Source: Candidatus Rifleibacterium amylolyticum (lineage in GTDB: Bacteria > Muiribacteriota > Ozemobacteria > Ozemobacterales > Ozemobacteraceae). From it: 24,349 nucleotides of DNA. The position numbers were made by a program, and so were the translations under genes. The notes beneath the pieces were generated by a model. The model saw only the letters and a list, made by a program, of their open reading frames with translations. It ran no database searches and was not told the DNA's origin. The stretch lies in contig JAACJG010000011.1 of the NCBI GenBank assembly GCA_009917695.1, positions 156,997 through 181,345 of the forward strand, written 5' to 3'. Below, piece after piece: positions 7,833 to 14,357 of this stretch (the stretch's first letter is position 1; each line of letters begins with the position of its first letter).

Positions 7833-9206
7833 TCAGTGGGACACCTTGAGAAACTGCAGATCGTCTGGGGTGCCGGTCTTAAGATCTGAGCCCGGGCTCA
7901 GCAGCGAAGGCGCTGAAGCGTTGTAATTCCAGGCGGCTGCGGTAAACGGGTCTTGCGGCAGCGAGGCCACGCCAAGCCAGGATGCGACTTCGCCAAGATC
8001 GGCCGGCCAGTTGCCATTTTCATTATGGTAAGCGTGCAACGCAACGGCCAGAGCGCCACCACGCAGCATTGCCCTGGTTTTGACCGACGTAATATAAAGC
8101 GTGTCAAGATTCGGCATCATCGTGCCCAGCAATAGCTGCATAAACGAAGTATCCGGCATGAAGAAGAATCTGGTGTAATGCAGGCCGAAACTCGCGTTGA
8201 ACTGTTTTAACGGGCGGGCCAGTTCGTGAACTTGCGCAAGCCGTTTTATCGCCTGCGGGTATGGTTCGGCGCAAACCTGTCGGAAGCCACTCATAATCGG
8301 GACAAGATAAGAGTCAACGACAGCCTGATCACTGAAAAGTGCCACAAGAGCGTGAGGATTTCTACCGAAAGTTTTCATGGCTTCACCGTTGTCTATGGCT
8401 CTCTGCCAATTGCGGGCAAAAGCCGGCCAGAAGTTGAGCTCGTTGGAAAGCACGCGTTCCGGCGAGGGGTATGACTTCTCCAGGGTTTCAGACCATTGCA
8501 GAACCTGGATGGCGTCCGCTTTGCTGCTTTTAATTGTCGGAGCGAGTTCACGCAGCAGACTGCCAGTCAACTGCCCGATGTTTTCGCCAATTGCGTGCCC
8601 CAGGATGGAAAGCGCACCAGTCCAGGTTTCGTGAATTTCAAGAATAGCGCCGACTGCCGCCGGAGCGAATGCAGCAAGCAGTGCCTGCTGCGAGTTCCCC
8701 TGTCGGGCAGCCTGCCATGCCAGCAACGCGCAAAAACGGGCACTGGTTCTGATCGGTACGTATGAAAGTGCTCCAACGTAACAGTTTTTTTCAGAGGGTT
8801 CGGGTGCTGCAACCGGAAAAGATGCCAACAGCTGCGGCAATCTGTCGCATATTGCCCGGGTTCTGGCATCGAGATCGGGAACATTGGCAAGCCAGGCTTC
8901 GATTTTAGCATCTTCAGCAAAAAATTCGCCGCTGCTTTTTCCCCCTTCACCCGCCAGACTGTAAAGCTGACTGTATGTTTCAGATGCCGCTGGTGGCATG
9001 ACCCCGTCAATGAGTGCCATGGGATTGGCGACTGATGAGTTCACGGCCGCCCTGAGATCGGGTTCAGACTTCTGCAGCTGGTTGGTGTTGAGGAAGCTGG
9101 CGTTCAGGTCATACCATAGCGTCAGCAGCCGATAACTCTGGATCAGCGAATATAATATGAGAGCAGCTCCCAGAATCACTCTGGTTTTGCTTTTTATCTT
9201 TATCAT
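7833..9206 (-). CDS. Large N-terminally membrane-anchored protein, hypothetical
   Basis: This 457-aa ORF is the longest open frame here. Its N-terminus KTRVILGAALILYSLIQSY is a hydrophobic anchor. No recognisable catalytic motifs. Confidence 0.55.
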   Translation of the reverse strand: MIKIKSKTRVILGAALILYSLIQSYRLLTLWYDLNASFLNTNQLQKSEPDLRAAVNSSVANPMALIDGVMPPAASETYSQLYSLAGEGGKSSGEFFAEDAKIEAWLANVPDLDARTRAICDRLPQLLASFPVAAPEPSEKNCYVGALSYVPIRTSARFCALLAWQAARQGNSQQALLAAFAPAAVGAILEIHETWTGALSILGHAIGENIGQLTGSLLRELAPTIKSSKADAIQVLQWSETLEKSYPSPERVLSNELNFWPAFARNWQRAIDNGEAMKTFGRNPHALVALFSDQAVVDSYLVPIMSGFRQVCAEPYPQAIKRLAQVHELARPLKQFNASFGLHYTRFFFMPDTSFMQLLLGTMMPNLDTLYITSVKTRAMLRGGALAVALHAYHNENGNWPADLGEVASWLGVASLPQDPFTAAAWNYNASAPSLLSPGSDLKTGTPDDLQFLKVSH

Positions 9207-9363
9207 GCCGCGAATTCCCCTTTTCTGAGATTCCTGCTTTTATTGTTTTTCACGTTGAAAAAATAGAATAATCCAGCAGTCATGGCTGGTCAACAATAAA
9301 ACAGAGATTGCTGAACTGTAGTATATTTGTCGTAAGACAATGGTAGTTTTAAAGGAGTACAGA

Positions 9364-10209
9364 ATGCAGGAATATCGATCGATAAGCAGGGTCGTAAAGG
9401 GTATGGAAACGACCGACGGGGCCGGGGTGCGGCTGGTGCGCGTATTTGGCAGCCGCGATGTCGCTGATTTCGACCCTTTTCTGATGATGGACGCTTTTGA
9501 TAACTCGCAGCCGGAACAGTATATCAAGGGCTTTCCGTGGCACCCGCACCGCGGCATCGAGACGATAACCTATCTGATCGAGGGAAATGTCGAACATGGC
9601 GACAGCCTCGGCAACAAGGGTAACATCTTCAACGGCGACTGTCAGTGGATGACTGCCGGCAGCGGCATCATCCATCAGGAAATGCCGCAGCCGCCCGGCC
9701 GCATGATCGGCGTGCAGATCTGGCTGAATATGCCTGCGAAAGACAAGATGGCGCCGCCGGCCTACGGCGACATACTCTCGGCGAATGTGCCGGTAATAGC
9801 CGATCAGGGCTGCGAAGTGCGGCTGATTTCGGGCACTCATCTCGGCCGCAACGGCGCCTTCACCGGCCATTACATCAAACCTCTGTATATGGACGTAAAA
9901 ATGCCGGCGCGTTCGACCTGGGAGCTGGCAACGGCTGAAGATCAGACGCTTTACACTTACACATTTTTCGGTTCCGGCAGCTTCGATCCTGAGACCGGCA
10001 AGGTCTACGGCAACAAGGTCGCTCTGCTGTTCAGCCCCGGCAAAAAAATGCGCGTCAGCGCCGGCGACGAAGAGTTGCGTTTCATCGTGCTTTCAGCGCC
10101 GCCGCTGCACGAACCCATCGCCTGGGGCGGCCCGATCGTCATGAACACCCAGGCCGAACTCGACCAGGCTTTCCGCGAACTGGAATCCGGCAGCTTCATC
10201 AAAAACTGA
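9364..10209 (+). CDS. Pirin-family protein (cupin, quercetinase-like)
   Basis: An AAGGAG ribosome-binding site precedes the ATG at 9364. Motifs FDPFLMMDAF...FPWHPHRGIETITYLIEGNVEHGDSLGN...GDCQWMTAGSGIIHQEMP are characteristic of pirin/YhhW. Confidence 0.85.
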   Translation: MQEYRSISRVVKGMETTDGAGVRLVRVFGSRDVADFDPFLMMDAFDNSQPEQYIKGFPWHPHRGIETITYLIEGNVEHGDSLGNKGNIFNGDCQWMTAGSGIIHQEMPQPPGRMIGVQIWLNMPAKDKMAPPAYGDILSANVPVIADQGCEVRLISGTHLGRNGAFTGHYIKPLYMDVKMPARSTWELATAEDQTLYTYTFFGSGSFDPETGKVYGNKVALLFSPGKKMRVSAGDEELRFIVLSAPPLHEPIAWGGPIVMNTQAELDQAFRELESGSFIKN

Positions 10210-10219
10210 CTATCACCTG

Positions 10220-10249
10220 CTTTTTTGCTTTGCCGGCCGGTGCTGCCTT
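10220..10249. repeat. 30-bp direct repeat, copy 1 (CTTTTTTGCTTTGCCGGCCGGTGCTGCCTT); the second copy is at 12135-12164
   Basis: The two copies differ at 1 of 30 positions. Copy 1 is non-coding, between the convergent pirin and ankyrin-like genes. Confidence 0.7.
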
Positions 10250-10262
10250 CGGAAAATCTGAG

Positions 10263-11063
10263 TTAATCCTGTTTATCTGCGGGTGTGGGTTTAACGCGCA
10301 TACGCGAGGCTACTTCCGTCAGCTGCTTTTTGACTTTCTCATCCCTGATATCCTCGATCATGGCGTCACGAATCTCAGGCCCGGCGAGCATGAAGAACAT
10401 TTCTACAGCAGTTGGCATGGGAAATGGGACAGGCAAACGCTGGCTGATCGTCTGCCCGCTGTTGATAAGTTCTACAATTATTGCCGATCTTTGGCGCAGG
10501 CTTTCAAGAAACATCGCGCGGGAAAAATTCTTATGATCCGATTCTTTTCTGCCGACAAAAAACGCGACTACCAGGTAATTCTGGCGTTCCGGCTTGAGCC
10601 CCGCCGCTATAAGCTGGCGCAGAAGTTTAAGGTTGTCGGTTCTGACAGCAAGAGCAAGAAGATCGTAGCTGCTTTTCCCCAACTGGCCATCTTTTGTATA
10701 ATGGCTTGCAGTGAGCTCATTAAGCAGTTTTATATCTTTTGTGTCAGCCAGAATTAATGGCAACGATTTTTCTGCTCCGGCAACGACAGCCAGAGAAATC
10801 GGGTTGTAAAGCATGGTTGTTTCGCTGGCATAAAACCGATAGATGCTGTCTGTCGGCAGTTCAAAGCTGTAATCAATTGCGAACTCAGTTTTCTGACCCT
10901 TGCTGAGAAGTTGCGCCACTGTTTCAACATCATCACGAACAATGGCGTCAAGCAGCTTCTTTTGCGAAAGAACAGGATCGGGCAACGAGAAGTGCATGAA
11001 CAGCAGGTAACTGCCAATCAGCAGTGAAAAACTGATAAAAAAGGTCATGACAAATATTTTCAT
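10263..11063 (-). CDS. Membrane-anchored protein with ankyrin-repeat-like segments
   Basis: The N-terminus MKIFVMTFFISFSLLIGSYLLF is a signal or anchor. Stretches such as NPISLAVVAGAEKSLPLILA and DLLALAVRTDNLKLLRQLIAAGLKP are ankyrin-like. Confidence 0.55.
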   Translation of the reverse strand: MKIFVMTFFISFSLLIGSYLLFMHFSLPDPVLSQKKLLDAIVRDDVETVAQLLSKGQKTEFAIDYSFELPTDSIYRFYASETTMLYNPISLAVVAGAEKSLPLILADTKDIKLLNELTASHYTKDGQLGKSSYDLLALAVRTDNLKLLRQLIAAGLKPERQNYLVVAFFVGRKESDHKNFSRAMFLESLRQRSAIIVELINSGQTISQRLPVPFPMPTAVEMFFMLAGPEIRDAMIEDIRDEKVKKQLTEVASRMRVKPTPADKQD

Positions 11064-11154
11064 GCGGCAGACTATCCCCCTGATATTCTATCAGGTTCTT
11101 TACAGGAACGCACAATAGTTATAATTCGCCCAGCAATTCTCGGTCAGAATTAGT

Positions 11155-11248
11155 GTCATTCTGCGCGAGCCGTAAGGCGAAGTCGCAGAATCCACTTTTT
11201 AGCGCTTTTCTGGATCCTGCGACTGCGCTTCGCTTCGCGCAGGATGAC
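11155..11248. repeat. Long imperfect inverted repeat of about 94 nt, predicted to form a stem-loop: a 14-bp outer stem, an internal bulge, an inner stem of about 18 bp and an 18-nt loop
   Basis: GTCATTCTGCGCGA...GGCGAAGTCGCAGAATCC [loop ACTTTTTAGCGCTTTTCT] GGATCCTGCGACTGCGCT...TCGCGCAGGATGAC. The pairing was checked by hand. It lies between the HicB-like remnant and the ankyrin-like gene, both on the minus strand. Confidence 0.6.
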
Positions 11249-11295
11249 AAACAAAAAAGTCAAACCCAAAATCGTTATCACTGTTGATGATGGTT

Positions 11296-11549
11296 TTACG
11301 CCTCACCGAGAATTACTGGAAAGCGCCCGGAAACATCAGCCTCAACGTAGTCTATAGGCTTGGTTTTGGGTTCTGGAATTTTCTTTCCCATATCCATTCT
11401 TGCCGCAACCCATGCAAGAACAGCGTCTTTTCCGTTTTCAAGCGCTTCTTCTTCGGTTTCGCCATCAGACATACATCCGGGCAGATCCGGGCTTCTTTTC
11501 TTTTTCGCCGGAATTCCCAGCCCGGGGCATCTTCATCACATCTTGACAT
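11296..11549 (-). pseudogene. HicB-family antitoxin gene (UPF0150, RNase H-like fold) disrupted by a frameshift, with no hicA partner
   Basis: The minus-strand frame ending at TAA (11296-11298) encodes ...SPDLPGCMSDGETEEEALENGKDAVLAWVAARMDMGKKIPEP..., the HicB PDLPGC-x-S-x-G-x-T-x-EEAL-EN signature. That frame has no start codon upstream of the motif. An N-terminal piece (MSRCDEDAPGWEF) is in another frame. The two frames switch within the A-run CGAAAAAGAAAAGAAG. Confidence 0.55.
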
Positions 11550-11575
11550 ACCAAATATAATATATATACTATAAT
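11544..11575 (+). promoter_or_regulatory. Candidate sigma70-type promoter for higBA: -35 TTGACA (11544-11549) and -10 TACTAT (11567-11572, 17-bp spacing) or TATAAT (11570-11575). This implies a leaderless or near-leaderless transcript
   Basis: Hexamers were read from the sequence. The higB ATG at 11580 lies only 4-7 nt after the -10 element, and no Shine-Dalgarno sequence is possible. Confidence 0.4.
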
Positions 11576-11579
11576 TGGT

Positions 11580-11861
11580 ATGTGGAAAATATACGAACAC
11601 AAAAACCTGTTAAAAGCACTTGAAATGCTGCCTGTAGAAATCCTTAAGCGATATGAAAAGTGGAAAGATATAGTGGCAATTTCAGGCCCTGTTGGACTAA
11701 GGCAGATTAAAGGTTTCAATGACGAGCCATTGCGTGGGGCATGGAAAGGATACCGCTCATCTCGTCTCAATATTCAGTATCGCATTATTTACAAAATAGA
11801 AAACGAACAATTTTTTGTAAAAGTTGTTAAGGTAACGGCTCATGACTATCGGAGGAAATGA
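11580..11861 (+). CDS. higB: Type II toxin of the RelE/ParE superfamily, HigB-like
   Basis: The 93-aa protein ...FNDEPLRGAWKGYRSSRLNIQYRIIYKIENEQFFVKVVKVTAHDY matches the HigB/RelE fold signature. It is followed 1 nt later by an HTH antitoxin gene; toxin-first order is typical of higBA. Confidence 0.8.
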   Translation: MWKIYEHKNLLKALEMLPVEILKRYEKWKDIVAISGPVGLRQIKGFNDEPLRGAWKGYRSSRLNIQYRIIYKIENEQFFVKVVKVTAHDYRRK

Positions 11862-11862
11862 A

Positions 11863-12123
11863 ATGAAAGACTACATCGAGGCAAAAAAAAGAGCAGAAGT
11901 GTCTGTTGGCGAATCCGTAAGAATAATTCGTGAGCTCCAGAATTTAAGCCAGAGTGAGCTGTCTCAACTGACTGGCATACCTCAATCAACGCTTTCGGCT
12001 ATTGAGCACGATAAAATCAATCTGGGTGTTGAGAGAGCCAAAGTATTAGCAAGGGCTTTGAAATGTCATCCGGCTGTTCTGGTTTTCCCAGGCTGGGATG
12101 TAAGTCTGGAAATTGCGGCGTAA
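11863..12123 (+). CDS. higA: HTH_XRE-family antitoxin, HigA-like
   Basis: A GGAGGA ribosome-binding site precedes the ATG at 11863. VRIIRELQNLSQSELSQLTGIPQSTLSAIEHDKINLGVERAKVLARAL is a Cro/C1-type helix-turn-helix. Confidence 0.75.
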   Translation: MKDYIEAKKRAEVSVGESVRIIRELQNLSQSELSQLTGIPQSTLSAIEHDKINLGVERAKVLARALKCHPAVLVFPGWDVSLEIAA

Positions 12124-12131
12124 CCCCCGGA

Positions 12132-12500
12132 TTACTTTTTTGCTTTGCCGGCCGGCGCTGCCTTTGCAGAGGTTTTCGCCGGCTTTTTCTTCGGCTTCGG
12201 TTCGGGCAGTTCCTGTGTGGTGATTCTGATGAGCTCGCACAGCCATTCGCGATCTTCGAACTGGCCGTCGATGAGAAAATTCGGCTTCGCGCCAGGATAC
12301 GGCTGGCCCTCGACCACCTCACCGATAAAGGCGCGCCCGCCTGCCGTCGGCTTGACGAACAGCTGGTTATCGCACACCATGGCAACAACCTTGCCGCCGC
12401 AATAAATGGCATACTCGCCAAACATCTTTTTGCAGCTGACACCCTTCACATCCCGCAGCTGATCAACGATAAATTCGACAAATTCCGCATCAGAAGCCAT
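12132..12500 (-). CDS. TfoX/Sxy N-terminal-domain protein with a lysine-rich C-terminal tail
   Basis: A GAGGT ribosome-binding site precedes the ATG at 12500. MFGEYAIYCGGKVVAMVCDNQLFVKPT fits the TfoX_N core. The tail EPKPKKKPAKTSAKAAPAGKAKK is basic. Confidence 0.6.
   Translation of the reverse strand: MASDAEFVEFIVDQLRDVKGVSCKKMFGEYAIYCGGKVVAMVCDNQLFVKPTAGGRAFIGEVVEGQPYPGAKPNFLIDGQFEDREWLCELIRITTQELPEPKPKKKPAKTSAKAAPAGKAKK
12135..12164. repeat. 30-bp direct repeat, copy 2. It overlaps the 3' end of the TfoX-like gene and encodes its C-terminal tail ...KAAPAGKAKK
   Basis: CTTTTTTGCTTTGCCGGCCGGCGCTGCCTT, 29/30 identical to copy 1 at 10220-10249 and in the same orientation. Confidence 0.7.
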
Positions 12501-12597
12501 ATTGCACCTCAAGTTTTCAAAGTAATGCCAGTCCGAATCAGGACTACCATTCTGGCTTTTACGAAGGTATACTGAATTTTAAAGGATACGTCTGCAA

Positions 12598-12900
12598 ATG
12601 AACACAAAAATCACATATCAATATCGTGACGCCAGTAACTATAAGCTTTCTAGCGAAGTCATCATCAAAGGCGAACTGAGTTTTAAAGACCTAGAACCCT
12701 ACTTGATCGATAGCCAATTTTTTGTGCCCGAGGAGTTGCATTTGCCTCGCCTGCAATTCGACACTCACACAGAAGACGACCACGATTGGCATGAATTCCT
12801 AAGTCTCGAACCCTGCACCGACCCGCCATCAATCGGCTTGACAAGCCAAAAGCTTATCAAGGCTGCAAAAAGCTACAAGTTAAGCCATCCATACATCTAA
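12598..12900 (+). CDS. Small hypothetical protein (100 aa), first gene of an AT-rich cassette
   Basis: An AAGGA ribosome-binding site lies 12 nt upstream. Local GC is about 38% against about 55% in the flanks. The stop is 4 nt before the HNH gene's ATG. Confidence 0.5.
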   Translation: MNTKITYQYRDASNYKLSSEVIIKGELSFKDLEPYLIDSQFFVPEELHLPRLQFDTHTEDDHDWHEFLSLEPCTDPPSIGLTSQKLIKAAKSYKLSHPYI

Positions 12901-12904
12901 CTCA

Positions 12905-13654
12905 ATGACTAAAAATAACAACTGGACAAGAGAAGAGACGATCATTGCATTCGAACTTTATTGCAGAACACCATTCGGTAGAATGCATAAGGGTAACCCT
13001 GAAATAATCGAATTAGCGAAGACTATAACGAGAACCCCAAGTGCCGTGGCACTCAAATTATGTAATTTTGCACATTTAGACCCGACCTTGTCTCAAAAAG
13101 GCGCCTCACATGGGAGTAAGCAAGATCAAAAAATTTGGGACGAGTTCGCTTCGAATCTTGAATCGCTGATTGAAGCTGCCCATGCAATTAAGAAAAGATT
13201 AAAAATGCCTGTCGAAAGTGAAACTGACGAGCCAATTGACCAAATACGCGAAACAGACAAGTTTGCTACAGTCAAAACTAGAGTTGGTCAACGATTCTTT
13301 CGCGCTATGATTCTATCAAGTTATGATACAAAGTGCTGTGTCACCGGTATTGGCTTATCAGAAATATTGGTTGCCAGCCATATTATTCCTTGGTCTGTTG
13401 ACAAAGACCATAGATTGAACCCGAGAAATGGCCTGTGTTTGAACGTGATGCATGATAAAGTGTTCGATCTTGGCATGATGAGCTTGGACGATGATTACCG
13501 AGTGATTTTTTCGAGTAAAATTAAAGATGTTGCAGCCAAGAATGGTCTAGACTTTTTATTGCGGACTGAAGGACACAGAATTACGCTCCCCAAAAGATTT
13601 TTGCCTGATATATCACTCATCCAACAACACAGAATTCAAAATGGTTTTGAATGA
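12905..13654 (+). CDS. HNH endonuclease (HNH_2 / predicted restriction endonuclease type) with an N-terminal W-x-EE-x-AL-LY domain
   Basis: RVGQRFFRAMILSSYDTKCCVTGIGLSEILVASHIIPWSVDKDHRLNPRNGLCLNVMHDKVFDLGMMSLDDDY is the HNH_2 motif set (R-GQ-FR...Y...C-TG...L-A-HI-P...NGL-L...H--FD-G). The N-terminus reads NWTREETIIAFELYCRTPFG. The gene is AT-rich. Confidence 0.8.
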   Translation: MTKNNNWTREETIIAFELYCRTPFGRMHKGNPEIIELAKTITRTPSAVALKLCNFAHLDPTLSQKGASHGSKQDQKIWDEFASNLESLIEAAHAIKKRLKMPVESETDEPIDQIRETDKFATVKTRVGQRFFRAMILSSYDTKCCVTGIGLSEILVASHIIPWSVDKDHRLNPRNGLCLNVMHDKVFDLGMMSLDDDYRVIFSSKIKDVAAKNGLDFLLRTEGHRITLPKRFLPDISLIQQHRIQNGFE

Positions 13655-14357
13655 ACCGTAGTAAAAATTTCAGCATAATAGTTTTTGTCATATGCATTTC
13701 ACTGATGTTCTGTGAAAGTATTTATGCTGATGTAATAAAAGAAATTTCTTCATCCACCTATCACAATGAATCTTATGAGCAGAGATTTGCTGAGACGGAA
13801 GAACTCATGAAGCGGGGGGTGGCGCTGGGGCGGGAGAAGAAATATGCTGAGTCGGCGGCGGAGCTTAGGAAGGCGATCGAGCTGATTCCGGATAATGGGC
13901 CGCTGTGGTATAACCTCGGGATGTCGCTTTATAATGGCGGCGAGACGGATGCGGCCGGCGGGCGTGGCAGAAGACGGTTGAGCTGCGGCCGGATTATGCG
14001 GATGCCTGGTATATGCTTGGGATGCTCGATGCGAAAGAAGGTCGCAGCGCCGAGGCGATCGCGGCCTATGCGAAAAGTTCAGAACTCAAACCGCAGGACG
14101 GCGAAGCACAGGCAGCGCTGGTTAGAGAGTGTCTCAAACTCGCCCGACGTAAGTACGAGCAGCTGCAGCAGAGCGACCCGGCCCGCGCGAAAAAGCTGGC
14201 CGGCGAATTTCCCGGCAATGTTTCGCCTGCCAGCGGCAGCGGAAAACACCCGCTCGCCGATACCGAAATTCCGGGAACCGGCAAAACCTTCGACGAACTG
14301 CTTGAAATTTTCAAGCACATACCATTTCAGCGCACTCAGCCGAAAAGCCGACATTAA
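13651..14357 (+). pseudogene. TPR-repeat protein gene with a signal peptide, carrying a frameshift near 13945-13960
   Basis: The ATG overlaps the HNH stop (ATGA). Frame A gives a signal peptide (MNRSKNFSIIVFVICISLMFCESIYA) and a TPR helix (LWYNLGMSLYNGGETDAA). It then turns Arg-rich nonsense. Frame B continues the TPR sequence (AWQKTVELRPDYADAWYMLGMLDAKEGRSAEAIAAYAKSSELKPQDG...) to TAA at 14355-14357. The frames switch in the GC run GCCGGCGGGCGTGG. Confidence 0.55.

Noticed and set aside
9349-9870. 173-aa minus-strand ORF inside the pirin gene
   Set aside because: It is antisense to a well-supported pirin CDS and has no domain. This is typical GC-rich antisense open frame.
10230-10757. 175-aa plus-strand ORF beginning MPAGAAFGKSELI
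   Set aside because: It lies antisense to and inside the ankyrin-like gene. It begins within the 30-bp repeat, has no ribosome-binding site and has no recognisable domain. It is most likely spurious.
12063-12575. Plus-strand 170-aa ORF and minus-strand 141-aa ORF overlapping the TfoX-like gene
   Set aside because: Only the minus frame 12132-12500 yields a recognisable TfoX_N core and has a ribosome-binding site. The others are Arg/Cys-rich alternative-frame artefacts of GC-rich sequence.
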